64,000 bases of DNA from Camelus dromedarius (Eukaryota): contig NC_087436.1 of assembly GCF_036321535.1 (NCBI RefSeq), forward strand, positions 37,636,001 to 37,700,000, read 5' to 3'. The notes beneath the pieces are model-generated. The model was not told where the DNA came from. It ran no database searches and saw only the letters and a program-made list of their open reading frames with translations. The translations under genes were made by a program, and so were the position numbers. Shown here piece by piece: positions 52,413-64,000 of the stretch (positions within the stretch are counted from its first letter, which is position 1; every line of letters starts with the position of its first letter).

Positions 52413-54096
52413 GTAATTCTGAAATACTAGTTGAAGCAACATGCATGGATTGATGCTGAGAATAAAACAGACAGTGTATCACCTAGTGCCTTTTATTTTT
52501 GTTATAGGGTCACAGTGTTTATCTCTAGGACCCTGGACTGCATTACTTTGAGAGCAAATGCATCTTTCTAATTCACCTACATATTTCTTACTTGGCCTCT
52601 CGGTGTTAAGAAAATGAATAAAAAATAGCAAAGTCATAAATCCAATAATTATAATCTTAACTTTTTTCAAAGCTGAGATGTTTCCTCCGTGTGGGCCAGG
52701 TGAGCTTATCACCTGTCACCTTTATGCCCTGCAACTTGACATACCCTGAAACTCAAACTGTCAAAGGCTTTATTGTACAGTTGACTTAGGTGCTATGACT
52801 TCATGAGTTGGGGTCATTATCATTAAAAAGAATCTTTTATTCTAAAATGCTTTGGGAATGTGATGGGTATTATTTTGAGTTCTTTTTTGTTTTCTAAGTT
52901 ATAATAAATATTAGAACCTCCTTATTCTCCTAGATAGAGAAAGAAGTGAAAAGTCAGCAATTTTAGTACTATGTTGTCAATTCTGTAATTCCTTTTCTAA
53001 GTCATTTTCTGTATTACAGCCTTCATGTTTTCTCCTATAGTGCCTTTTACCCCTCTTTGTACTGCATAAAATATTGTGCCCTTCTGGAAAATTACTGAGC
53101 TCTAGCAGAGTAAAATTACTATAGCATAGAAATGCTAGTCCCTAAAATGACAACAGATCAGGTATCTTTATATAATAATATTATATAGTCTTATACTAAA
53201 TAGTCATCTCTAGTTCCAGCATAAGAGTTACTTAGTAACTGCTAGTCTGGATTAGATATTTTGTTTTGTAATTAAGAGAAAATCTTGCTACCTTTTAGTC
53301 ATTTGACTATCCCCTTGATGTCTGTCCCATATTGATAGGTGTTGGAATTTCTCTTAATATGAGAAGTTGTAGACTTCCCTTACAGGAAAACTAAAAACAA
53401 GTCATAGTGTTTTTTCTTTTATCTATTTAGCACATTGTTTTAAAACTTTCAAATTGTTTTCTGCTTAATTATTTCTAAATATTGCCTTATGACAAAACTA
53501 TTATTCCTTGAAAGTCTGTACCTTCAAAAAGGTGATATTATTCATTCACTGAGTGTATATTACAAATCACGTGCTGATTTAAAAAAAAAAAAAACCATAG
53601 TATTGCAAGCAAATGATTATCAGTTAACAGGGCTCAGAATTTTTTAATAGAAATTCTGCTGTTAAAAAGCTAGAAGAAATATTTCATTATAATAATCAAT
53701 GTAAGAACAGAGAAAAATATGAAAAGATTTGAAAAAAGGCCCTTCATATATTAATAAATCTCACAGAATACCATTAATATATTTTTTATCAGAATCTGGT
53801 TGGATTAAAGAAAGAAGATGAAAATTCAAATAACTAAGCAAAGTTAAAAGTTGCCAATAAACTGTTCAGCTGACTAATCATACCTAAGACCTAACAGTTT
53901 TTCATATGTGAACCAATTATGAAAGGGTGAGAGTGTGTTCAAGTAAATCATCTCAGATCTACCAGAACTTGGTGGAATTGTCTTCACCCATGGCTTCTAA
54001 TAAACTTCAGTAACCTCAAAAAAGTGATTTCATTTTGGCTAAGTTTCCAAATGGGCAGAAATCCTTTGTTGATTTACTAAATTTTAATAATTTCAG

Positions 54097-54162
54097 CTCC
54101 TGGAAGTTAACCAGCAATGGGATCAGCAGTTTAGAAGCATGAGAGAGTTATATGAAAGAAAG
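54097..54162 (+). CDS. TNIP3: TNIP3 exon, LLEVNQQWDQQFRSMRELYERK (conserved ABIN motif)
   Basis: tttcag| acceptor and AAG|gtaaac donor; 66 nt. LLEVNxQWDxxFRSM is characteristic of TNIP/ABIN proteins. Confidence 0.96.
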
Positions 54163-55370
54163 GTAAACACTTCTCTGCCTGGTATTTGCTTTAACTCAGT
54201 CATCTGGGGGAGCCAAGGGTGTGAAGATTCTCATTGATTTCAGCTAGAGGAGATTTGTGGATAGCCAGCGGTCTGTTGAAGAATGATAAGGGGGTGGTGG
54301 GGGTGCTGAGTGTGTTACTGGCCCCTTGATACTGAGGATTAATGAACAAAGGAGGGTGTCAGTGAATTGTCTTGAGTGTGGCAAAAGAAAGTGCTTAAAA
54401 TAGCCTCTAGCGATGTCTCTAGAGTTGGCACGAACATTCATCACAGCTCACAGAGCATCCTGGCCTCGACTTTCTTACTAGCAGCCATAAAAACACAAGG
54501 TTATATGTGAGGGCAGAGATGGCTTAAAGTTCAGACTGTTCTATGCAAGGCTAGCTCTCTAATTCTTTGGGGGATAAGCTATTTTCCACAGATGGAGAAA
54601 CAGTGTGAGCAGTGAATGTGTGAGGGGAAGTGGGGCATCCCCTCCTCTCTCTAGACTATGTCCTCTGTCAAGAAACTTCTGGGAGAAAATATCTTTTAAT
54701 GGGTAAAAGTCAATTTATAATTTAAAATCATCCCACATTCAAAAAGAGAGGAAAGAGAAAGTAAACACCCCTAAATAATTCAGAACTAAGAAACTTAACC
54801 ACAAGTGAGTAATACAGCAGTATTGCTCTTTTCTTCCCCATTTTGATACTCAGACATATCAAATTTAGAAAGAGCAGGATAATGTCCCCCTCCACAATGC
54901 CATAGTCAAGCCACCTTGTAATATCAACTCTGAGGTGGGTCTCCCAATTTTAAAGAACAGGATCCCAGAAAAAAAAATGTTTAAGCTACTTTCCTCTACT
55001 TTCCTGAATGACTTGCAGGTGCATGAAGACCTCGGGTTAACAAGGGGAACAATTCCCATCTTTGGTCAAGTGCCCGTCTTCTCAAACTGGATGGTTGTTA
55101 CTCGGACTACTAATCTGGTTTTGAGTAGCAGATTAAGCCCTGCAGGTTACCGATGAAGGCCATGTCCCTTTTCTGTGATGTAGGCATACTCACTTACCCC
55201 TGTCCCTCGCTGCCGTTTGCAGCTCAGGCAAGGCATTAACTGGAGAGTTGAGAGTAGAATGACAAGCCTAGAAGGCTCCCTGTCTACCTGTAGTCCCTGG
55301 AAAGTACTGTGGTTTGGAGAAAGGGAAACCCTGGCGGCTGTTTTGGCTTTCCTGTATCAGAAGCTTCTAT

Positions 55371-55393
55371 CTTTCTTTTTCTTTCTTTCTTTT

Positions 55394-55449
<56 letters not shown>

Positions 55450-55460
55450 TTTCTTTCTTT
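55371..55460. repeat. (TTTC)n microsatellite, tail of the adjacent L1
   Basis: Direct reading. Confidence 0.9.
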
Positions 55461-55715
55461 CATTGAAGTATAGTTGATCTACAATGTTGCCTTAGTTTCT
55501 GGTGTACAGCACATTCAGTTATACATATATATTTTTTCATATTCCTTATTATAGGTTATTATAAGATATTGAGTATAGTTCCCTATGCTAAACAGTAGGA
55601 ACTTGTTTACCTATTTTATATATAGTAGTATCTGCAAACCACAAATTCCTAATTTATCCCTCCCGCCCTTTCTGCTCCTCCCCCATCCCGCCCCGGTAAC
55701 CATAAGTTTGTTTCT
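55461..55715 (-). mobile_element. 5'-truncated L1 3' end
   Basis: ttgaagtatagttgatctacaatgttgccttagtttctggtgtacagc...ggtaaccataagtttgtttct. Confidence 0.85.
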
Positions 55716-55759
55716 TTTTACATGCAAACGTCCTGATCTGGGTTAGGGGCGTGAAGTAG

Positions 55760-56300
55760 AGCCTCTCCCTAGGGGACGCCCGGGAGTGGGGCAATTCTGT
55801 CTCGGGCGCTTAGGCTGGGAGGGAGTAAACCCAGAGGTATGTGGGGTTTAGAAGAGCTGTCTGTGGGGTTTAGCTGCAGCTGTCTATGACCCACTTCCTT
55901 AGGTTGCAGAGCTGAAAACGAAACTGGACGCGTCCGAAAGGTTCCTGGGCACGCTGGAGGAGGAGCGGCTGCAGAGTCAGAGGGAGATTGACAGGCAGCA
56001 CCGCCGGACCCGGGAGCGGCTGCGGCGCGAGGAGGTGGGCGGGGCTCGGGGAGCGACCGCCCCGCCTCCGGGAGCGAGGCGGGCAGGCGGGCTCTGGTCC
56101 CCCGGCTGTTGAAAAGCGACCGTTTTATTACAATCAGCCCTTGCGGAGCAGAGTGTGCGAGGGTGTTCGGGTTACGCAAGTCCCCAGAGCCCCAGATAAG
56201 GGCCACTTCTCTAGAATCAAAAGGAAGGAGGGGCCCCGCTCACTTCCTCCTTGGTTGCACAAGTAGGCTGGCCTTAGTTTGCCCGGCTCTACCCGCTTGG
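55760..56300. promoter_or_regulatory. Intragenic CpG-island-like segment around a TNIP3 exon
   Basis: Visibly GC- and CpG-dense (e.g. ccgccggacccgggagcggctgcggcgcgagg, GGGCGG boxes) against an AT-rich background. Confidence 0.7.
55903..56034 (+). CDS. TNIP3: TNIP3 exon, VAELKTKLDASERFLGTLEEERLQSQREIDRQHRRTRERLRREE
   Basis: ttccttag| acceptor and GAG|gtgggc donor; 132 nt, charged coiled-coil sequence in frame with both neighbours. Confidence 0.94.
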
Positions 56301-58100
56301 AGAACTGATCCTCGGATTTGAGGATCTCTTTCTAGGGCATTTTAGCCCAGGAGAAAATCAATTTCGGTTTTTTGCTTTTACTCATATTTTTATTACCAGT
56401 GTTGATTATATGATAGTACCTTGTATTTGTACAGCTGCTTGTCAGCTTACCGAAGTTTTATACGTAAGTACGACTTTTGTCATCCTAAAAAAAAATAATA
56501 ATAATATTTTAAAACTACCTCAACCCCATCCTCTCATTTAACGTTCTCAGCCCACCTGTGGGGGAAATCTCATTTTCGCCATTTCAGAGATGAGATGTAG
56601 AGTGTAGATGATTTGTCAACGTCGATAACGTAGCATTGGGCAAGCGGGACGTGAACCCAGTCTCCAGATCCCGAGGCCCCACTAATCCTGCTGGGAACTG
56701 GCAGGTGGCCACTGGGAGGACGGCTTCTCTTAGAGTCCCGGTTTTACTGTTAGTTATGGGACTTCATGGATATCATATAAACTGGGAGGAGGCCCTTGAT
56801 TTCTAATGGCCTCTCATTTTTTCCAGGTGTCTTAGGAGAAAACTAGAAGGGTACATTTTCTCAGGTGAAGTCTTATCACTGCTATTGTGTTGCATTGGCT
56901 GTATTTTAAAAAGTGCACAAGTTTTAAGGCAATATCACAAATCAGTGCAGGCGACATCAGTCCAGGTTTCCTACCTTGCTAAGGATTTCCTTGCCATAGT
57001 AAGTCATAGGAAAACAAGATTTTTGCAACTCCCTTTCTGCCACGTAAGAGGCCCTTTCTGTTCTGTTCCATTTACACCCAGCACAGGAATCATGGTGATT
57101 TTTTTTTTTTCCTGATGCAGTTGAGAGTATTTTCTAGTTGAAATAATTTTCTCTTAAATTATGCTAAATTAGGAGAAGATTGGTAAATTTTCTTCGTGTA
57201 CATAGAGGCCTTTTGTATTTAAACAAAAGGAAATAGAAATCTTTTCACTTTTAAGGTAAATGATTCACCTAAAGTAGATTTCTTAAATCTAATCATTGTA
57301 TTGGGAAATTTTAGTTATTAAAATAACATATTTTAACATATAGAAGACAGTTTCTCATTGTGATTTACCTAAATTCCGGAATATTTATTTTACTAGGTTA
57401 AAATTGCGGTCTCATTAAGAATCCAATTCCCTCCACAAAAAGTCTACTGTCTAGAATATAAAATTAAGAGATAGGAAAGAGATGTTGTCTGAATCCAGGG
57501 CCTGCTAGTGTCTAAGCCACCGACCTTGCTTTGGTTATTTAGAACACTGGATTTCTCGAAGGTGACCTGAAACGTGGAGGGGTGATAGGCAGTTGGACTA
57601 GCTCATCTCTACCTTTTAAAAGTCGTAATCACAACAATACAGTGCTCTGAATAATTATGTGGTAAAGGGTCTTATTTGCCTGAGGTTTTATCCTCCTCTC
57701 GCTCTCTCCAGTCCAGAAGGCTGCAGGATTGGGCTTTGAGATATTTGGTATTTTTTGTTGCAATGACACTTTTTGCTTTTTAGAGCTTTCAATTATTTTT
57801 ACTGAGTCACCTATCCATCACCTTGTAGCAGTGCTTGGCAAGTAGCTTATTGTGCAGACCCATCTGACCCTTAAAAATGCGGAGTAGGGATTTTGATGTC
57901 TTTTTCTGGGATCACAGAACTTAGAACTTAGGATAACACAAAGATTTCTTCTGTCCTAATCCTGGCCTCCACCCAGAGAATATTGCTCAGATGGATTGCT
58001 AAGTGAAAATCTAGCAGGTCCTGTTTTTATTATATTTCAGGAGTATTCCTACATCTGAGTTTTATTGATTTTGATTTTGTTTTCTTGCTCTCTACTTCAG

Positions 58101-58229
58101 AAGGAAAAGGAGAGCCTGAACAAAGAATTACATGAACTGAAGAAAGAGAATAAGCTTTTGAAGGAAAAAAATGCTCTCGCAAACCAGAAGAAGCAACATT
58201 ACGAATGTGAAATAAAACGCCTCAATAAG
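58101..58229 (+). CDS. TNIP3: TNIP3 exon, KEKESLNKELHELKKENKLLKEKNALANQKKQHYECEIKRLNK
   Basis: ctctctacttcag| acceptor and AAG|gtatca donor; 129 nt, coiled coil. Lies within ORF 58065..58298 of the track. Confidence 0.96.
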
Positions 58230-61200
58230 GTATCAGGCCAGGTCAAGCTGGGGAGATCAGATGAGAAGTCTTTGTACCAAAAGCATATTCTTGATTGAGA
58301 CTCAGCAAAATCTACACTGCAGTGTGCCTCAAAGTTTTGGAGGCTTGCACTAGAGGTCTTTGTAATTTTCTAAATCACTCCTATCTGCCTTGTTCAGGCA
58401 TACATGGCTAAGGAGTTTTTTGGAAATTCATGTCCCTACAAAGAATTGTCATGAAAAAAGAGAGACGTGGAGAAATTTTAGAAGAGAGTAAGAACACTTT
58501 TTTTTTAGTTCAAAGAACCACATAAAGCAAGTGGGTGTTTGCAAACAGTAGTGTATCTCTTAGTCAACCGCAAACATTTCCTGAGGAAACAGGGTGCTCT
58601 TTAAATTCACCACTATGGAGCCGCTGAGTGTGATGCAGACTATGTGGAAGCACGCTAAATGCCAAACCTAAGGCTGTGATGGTGGCCGTCCTGAGACTAA
58701 GACTAAAACTTATCTCTAAAGGGGGAGTCTGGGGAGTAGGTCTATTAGGAAAATGCTGCTGATTTAATTCCTTTGCTCCAACTTAGATATTCAAAACGCT
58801 GTCTGTGAATTACTGCAAAAGGATGACATGTGAGTGCGCGTGTGTATGCATGTGTGCTTGTGTGTGCTGTTCTATGGACTAATGTCTTAATTTTCTGGGA
58901 GGAAGGGATTGCTGACTTGTTCAGGGAAAAACATCAAGTCCTTTGCTGTTGATTTTTCCAAGAGCCACTTGTAGTGCATGGTTGAGTCAAGATATTCATC
59001 TCTCAAGCTAGATATTTCTTGATCAAAGTAACAGAAATTGTCTTCTAAAACAGGAGTAGGTGATTGGCCTCCAACACGTGCTCAGGGCTTGTATTTTGAA
59101 ACGTGCACCATATTGTAGTTAACTTGTGTTCAGAGTTGTCCTTTAAAGATCCCCAAAGTTGATAGTTGTGTAGTTGCCTGTATAGTTGATAAGGTGCTTT
59201 CCAAATGTAGTGCTACATTTGATCTATTTGTGGGGAAAGTTATTATCCAGGGAAAAGTGGGAAATTGGAAATTGACTTCATAAACAATGCACTTCTCTGT
59301 TCTTTAAGAGAGAGAAACAGTGTTCAGAGATACAGATTCAGAGCAAACGATTTTTCCTGTTTATTCTCTGCTGGAAATCTTTGGCAAATGAATTCAAAGA
59401 GCTAACACTGAGATTATATTTGAAATCTCTCCAAGTTTTGATATTTTCTTCTGTTCCCTAATTATCGTAAGCTCCACGTGAGTAAGATTTTTGCCAGGCT
59501 GACTTCTTTCCTACACATAGTAGGCACAGTGTTGAGGGCCCACAATACTTTTAGTAGCCCATTAATATGTTTAATTTCTCTTAAAATCAGAAGGAAAAAA
59601 AAACCTTTTAGATTGAAAAAATATTTTCATGTTATATTAATATATTCATTTCTCTGCAGTTATGAAATAAAATGTTAATATATATTTATTTGGAGGAAGG
59701 GTCTTACAAAGACAGCAGTTGTTATGGGGCCCCGAATTTCTCTATTTTGATCACTGTTGTAATCCAAGTGCTTAGAACAGGGCCTTGCTCATATTATGTT
59801 ATTCAGTATTTGATGAATGGATGAATTAAGCTAATTAATTTAATTGACTAGTACATTATACATTCAATAGCCAATTCTCGCCCTGAGAGTCACGCTTTAA
59901 TAGGCATAACACATTACTTATGAGTAGTGAAGACAAACAGAAGGGTACTTCAAGCCAGAAAAGATTTCATCCCACACATCTATACCGTCAACTGTCACTT
60001 TAAAAATGTGGATAGAAAGCGATGTGCTATGCAGAGAGATTCCTATCTCATTTAGTGCAAGTATCAGTGTCTAATGAAGTGTAAGAAATTATTATTTTGT
60101 TTTACACTGTAGAATTTTCTTTTTTTTTTTTTTTTTAACCGCTGTAGTAAATAGAGGTTACTCAAAATGTTGATTTGGGTAGCTGACTGCACACAATTCG
60201 TCAGTATGGAATTTGGGGCTCGCCCTACTTACACAAACTGACTGCTTGCAGACCCAGTCCCTCAGCAGAAATTTGTAGCATGTCAGCTTAGCAGTTAACA
60301 TATGGCTTTCAGAAGTTCACGTAACTGTGTGTACTCAGTTCTGTTTATTTGCTTTGAGGGAGATACCCAAGGGCATTGTTTTCATCAAGCTCTTGAAGAG
60401 AAGCCAGATGTTAAGTGAAAGAAATAACCTGAGGTCAGCCAACCAGTGCCACTCATGGGCAAAACTGACTTGTCTGACATGCCACCGTTGTGACGTGGGC
60501 AGATCTGTTGAGTGTATCTGTGCTGATGGTAAATTGCTATTCTAGAATAGCTTACCTGTGTTTCTTCAAGGAAGTTGGAAAACCCCAAGATAGAATAAAT
60601 GTCTACTAGACTTACCTTTCATTATGACTCATTTACAGGATTTCTAGAAGTCTGAATGGCCTGAAAGGTAGACCAGGAAACTCAAATATAACAAGAACCA
60701 CGAAATAGTATATTCACAGCTGTAGGATATGGAACCAGCATATTTAATTGTCTCAGTTCACTTGGTTCACCCCACCCGAGATTATCTCTCCTATTATTAA
60801 TATATTTTTTTAAATATAACTATTATGATACTTCCTAGAACTACTTAGCTTAGCAACAGATTCTAACAAAACACAAATTATTAAACAACTTCTGCTGTTT
60901 AACAATTCTTGGAGGAAGAAAAAAGTTTTGTTTTTTCTTACAACTTCCTGAAAAATGATACTTACATCAGATTAGACAGCATCCGTATATTATAAGACAT
61001 CTATTAGGAAATTTATAGCCTGACTACTACACATATATCAGACCATAAATTTTTCTTTGCTTTTCTACCTTTATGACCATATCGTATAGTAATGCAAGGA
61101 AGTGAGTTAATAGTATCATCAAATGAGTATCATTGAAGCTACTAAAGAAATATAAAGGAACTGACTTCTTGGAGCTCTGAAAGTGAACCTTTTAAAATTT

Positions 61201-61699
61201 GCATAGAGGACTCATTTGATAATAAGTGAGTAGTCATATTGTGTGTGGGCTCCGAGACCACAACAGGATGAGTGAGTTATGTTCTGTCACAATTTTTGAT
61301 GGCCATTTTATTGAATTCATCATGAACCCAAAGTCTTTAGAACAGAGACAATGTCTTTTATATAATCTGACAAAGTAGAGTATATGTGTGGGTACTACGG
61401 GCTTATGAGTAAGGATGATAATCTGGTTGGCAAATCTAAGTGTCTCATTTCCTTCACCTCCTTACCCCACGATGAAAACACCCAAGTTGTACTGAATGTC
61501 AAGAAAGCAGATCACTCTCTTTCTCCACCCTGTAGTGGGCTAGTGGATGTTTTATTGGAGAATAAGTATGACTGTGGCTAAGCCACGGCAGGGTATGCCA
61601 AAGGAGTACAGAGCAGAAAGGACAATGCATCTAACGGATAGTGAATCTGCCTGGGTTCCCATTTTTGTGAGGTTCCCACTCTCCTGTTGGGCACGTGGT

Positions 61700-61890
61700 T
61701 ACATAGCAGAAACATATTACTCAAAATGTCACCTGAGATCAGGAGCCCCAGCTTGTGAGGAATGCAGATTCTCAGATCCTACCCCCAGATTTACGGATTC
61801 AAAATCCTTGGGGGCAATGCCCAGGGATGGGAGTGTTTGCTAGGCCTCCAGGTGATTCTGATGCTGCCTAAAGTTTGAGCCTAATTGATA
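61700..61890. mobile_element. MER5A-like hAT-Charlie MITE
   Basis: aatgcagattctcagatcctacccccagatttacggattcaaaatccttggggg...ctccaggtgattctgatgctgcctaaagtttgag. Confidence 0.75.
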
Positions 61891-62079
61891 GAGAGTATAT
61901 CTGACTGCAGCAGAGAATCTAGAGAAGGGCTATAGAACTATTTTTCTTTCGTGGTTGGCTATGTGGAGGGGGCTCTAACATCAAAGCTCTCTTAAGTAAC
62001 AGTGAAAGTTGACTATCATGAGCATCATCGTGGAGAATAGACAGAGATTCTGAAAAAAAAAATATATATATATATATAT

Positions 62080-62113
62080 ATTTTCTGGCACATATATATA
62101 TGTGCCAGAAAAT
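62080..62113. repeat. Perfect 34-bp palindrome
   Basis: ATTTTCTGGCACATATATATATGTGCCAGAAAAT equals its own reverse complement, checked base by base. Confidence 0.95.
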
Positions 62114-62253
62114 CAGAAAGAAGAAAATTATTCAATGATGGAAGTAGCATTAAAAGTGAAATTCTACCTTGGGCGTGCATTTGAAGTGACTGCAGAGGAA
62201 TTCGTATGATGTGGCGACTCTTAGGTCACCCATGTGCTTATCTTATGACATAG

Positions 62254-62373
62254 GCTCTGCAGGATGCCTTGAAAATGGAGTGCTCTTCACCTTCTGAGGA
62301 CTGTTTGGGGAAGTCTGAAGCGGAGTGCAGCCGTGAGGAGATGCGGACAGAAATGGAGGTCCTCAAACAGCAG
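62254..62373 (+). CDS. TNIP3: TNIP3 exon, ALQDALKMECSSPSEDCLGKSEAECSREEMRTEMEVLKQQ (leads into UBAN/AHD2)
   Basis: gacatag| acceptor and CAG|gtgaga donor; 120 nt. EMEVLKQQ precedes VQIYEEDF in TNIP3. Confidence 0.95.
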
Positions 62374-64000
62374 GTGAGAAGTTGAAAGTGGCACGACCAT
62401 GTGGAGAATTTAGTGCTTATTGTTCATCCTCCTTTAGACGTTTTTGGAAGTCTTGTTCAAAATGTGTTGAAAGCTTTTGCATGTATTTTAATTAGGATTA
62501 CCTAATTTTAAAACTTTATGGGAAAATACAGATCAGCTAGTCCAACACTCACACACACAGCAAAAGAGAAAATTGAGTTTCAGACGGGTTCAGTGGCTTG
62601 TCCAAGATCGCACTCTTAAAAGATGAGCGTGCTAATTAACCTTTTGGTGAGATTCTATTAGCACTGGGTCTAGAGAGTTTCATGGAGACGTGATTCATTT
62701 TGAAGACACTATGAACCCAAACTCTGTACCTTCTCAGAAGATGGTAGCAGCGGGCTGTTATTCTGTAGCTGCAAGCCTCCAGGCTTTTGAACAAAGAGGG
62801 CAGTTTTAAAGGGAATACTCTGCACGGATCGTAGCCGCTGAAGAGCCAGACCTGTTCATCTAGCCCCACACGAGGACAGCACCTAGGAATTTACTGATGC
62901 ACAATGGTGTCCTCTTTCCCGCTTACCCAGCTTCACTCCCTGTTGCCAAGTGCACAGCAAGAGTAAAGGATGCCCTCCCTAAGCTCCTGTGTGTAACAGC
63001 AGCACACGGCTGTGGGATATGGCATGGCCTAACCTACCTGAGTCTAAATTGAGCTCAGCCAGTTGGAGCTAACTTAGCTGAGCGGCCACCCATGCGCATC
63101 ACATCTCCTTTCCTATGAGAGGTTAAATAAACTAGTACAGGTAAAGGGCTGGAACAGTTTGTGGTGATACGGATGAATACAAAGAGATCAAGGAATTCCA
63201 ATCCCTGGAACACACACTGTCAACAGTACATTTGCAATGGGGGAGAAGATTTCATAGGACAAAGAGCCATTGTTTTTCTGCTGCTCCTGGGTATGACTTA
63301 TTGGCTGTTTTGCGCTAAGCAAGTGCCAGTTACAAGGATCCTTGATGCGATACATGGAAGAATTGAGCAACTCTGATTTTGTTGATATTGTTGTTTTTAT
63401 TTGCTTTATTGTTATTACTTTATAGGAACTAGCCTATCTATAAGCCTAAAAAAAAAAAAAATCAGAGCATGTGATGGTAAAGTTGGATTTTCTCTTCTGT
63501 CAACCCCATTTGGATAATCTGCTTCAATACATCCAGGATCAAATATATAGCTTAAAAACAAACCCATGAAGGGAATAAGGGTAATATTCAGAGTGCTAAA
63601 ACTCTGGCAAATTCTCAACCCCAAAGGTACCATTGGCGCTAGCCAGGATTCCTCTGAAAAAAGTGCTGCTTATGTTCAGACACTTGAACCATCTTCAGTG
63701 CTCTCATCTAATGTTCACCACGTGCAAGAGAGCTGCTCTTGAGCAGGGAGTTTACAGTAATGGTACAGTTCGTATTTGACACAGACAATGACAGGTATTC
63801 TTTTATTCATAATCCCCAAGAGTAGACCAGAATCCTTCTCCTTATTTTTTGTGTGGCTCTTTTGCTAACTTTCTGCTTTCACATTTTAACTGTGCACATT
63901 TCTGATCAGGTACCCACAGTCATTACATTACCAAGTGCTGTGTGGAACCCTAAAGGATTGAAATCCACAAAGGAACTGAGCTCAAATCTTGGCCACCTAA

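Larger units (their letters stand above)
32587..62373 (+). other. TNIP3: TNIP3 (ABIN-3) gene span, 7 exons visible, 3'-partial and probably 5'-partial
   Basis: Spliced translation ...TPGKTASVVTCVQSTTRMSGAESCTELAE/CAQSSRRKNLPNPLEQKIKCLEQQRKE/LLEVNQQWDQQFRSMRELYERK/VAELKTKLDASERF.../KEKESLNKELHELK.../ALQDALK...EEMRTEMEVLKQQ matches the human TNIP3 protein as I recall it. All junctions are GT-AG. Confidence 0.95.

Noticed and set aside
55769..56206. 145-aa antisense ORF
   Set aside because: Shadow ORF of the GC-rich TNIP3 exon and CpG island.
62374..64000. Search for the next TNIP3 exon (VQIYEEDF..., UBAN)
   Set aside because: Not found before the window end. It most likely lies downstream, so this is not evidence of UBAN loss.

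Overview
Mammalian (eutherian) genomic DNA, most likely a camelid, judged from two tRNA-derived Vic-1-like SINEs plus young L1 3' ends. The window holds the 5' and middle part of TNIP3 (ABIN-3, A20-binding inhibitor of NF-kB 3) on the + strand. Seven exons with canonical AG/GT boundaries splice into one open frame: 32587-32707, 49091-49177, 52332-52412, 54097-54162, 55903-56034, 58101-58229 and 62254-62373. The gene continues past the window end, so the UBAN/AHD2 exons are not included. The rest is intron and upstream DNA rich in MIR, L2, L1, LTR and DNA-transposon fossils; nearly all ORFs in the supplied track are incidental. The most notable points are: (1) two positions I recall as ATG in human TNIP3 are GTG here; (2) a perfect kB site sits at the proximal promoter, with an AP-1 cluster upstream bracketed by a local duplication; (3) a strongly GC-shifted MIR carries a CTCF-like motif; (4) a perfect 34-bp palindrome lies before the last exon; (5) there may be a very old Gypsy-like remnant. 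I found no convincing evidence of a wholly new biological system. Human comparisons and repeat family names come from memory, not from database searches.
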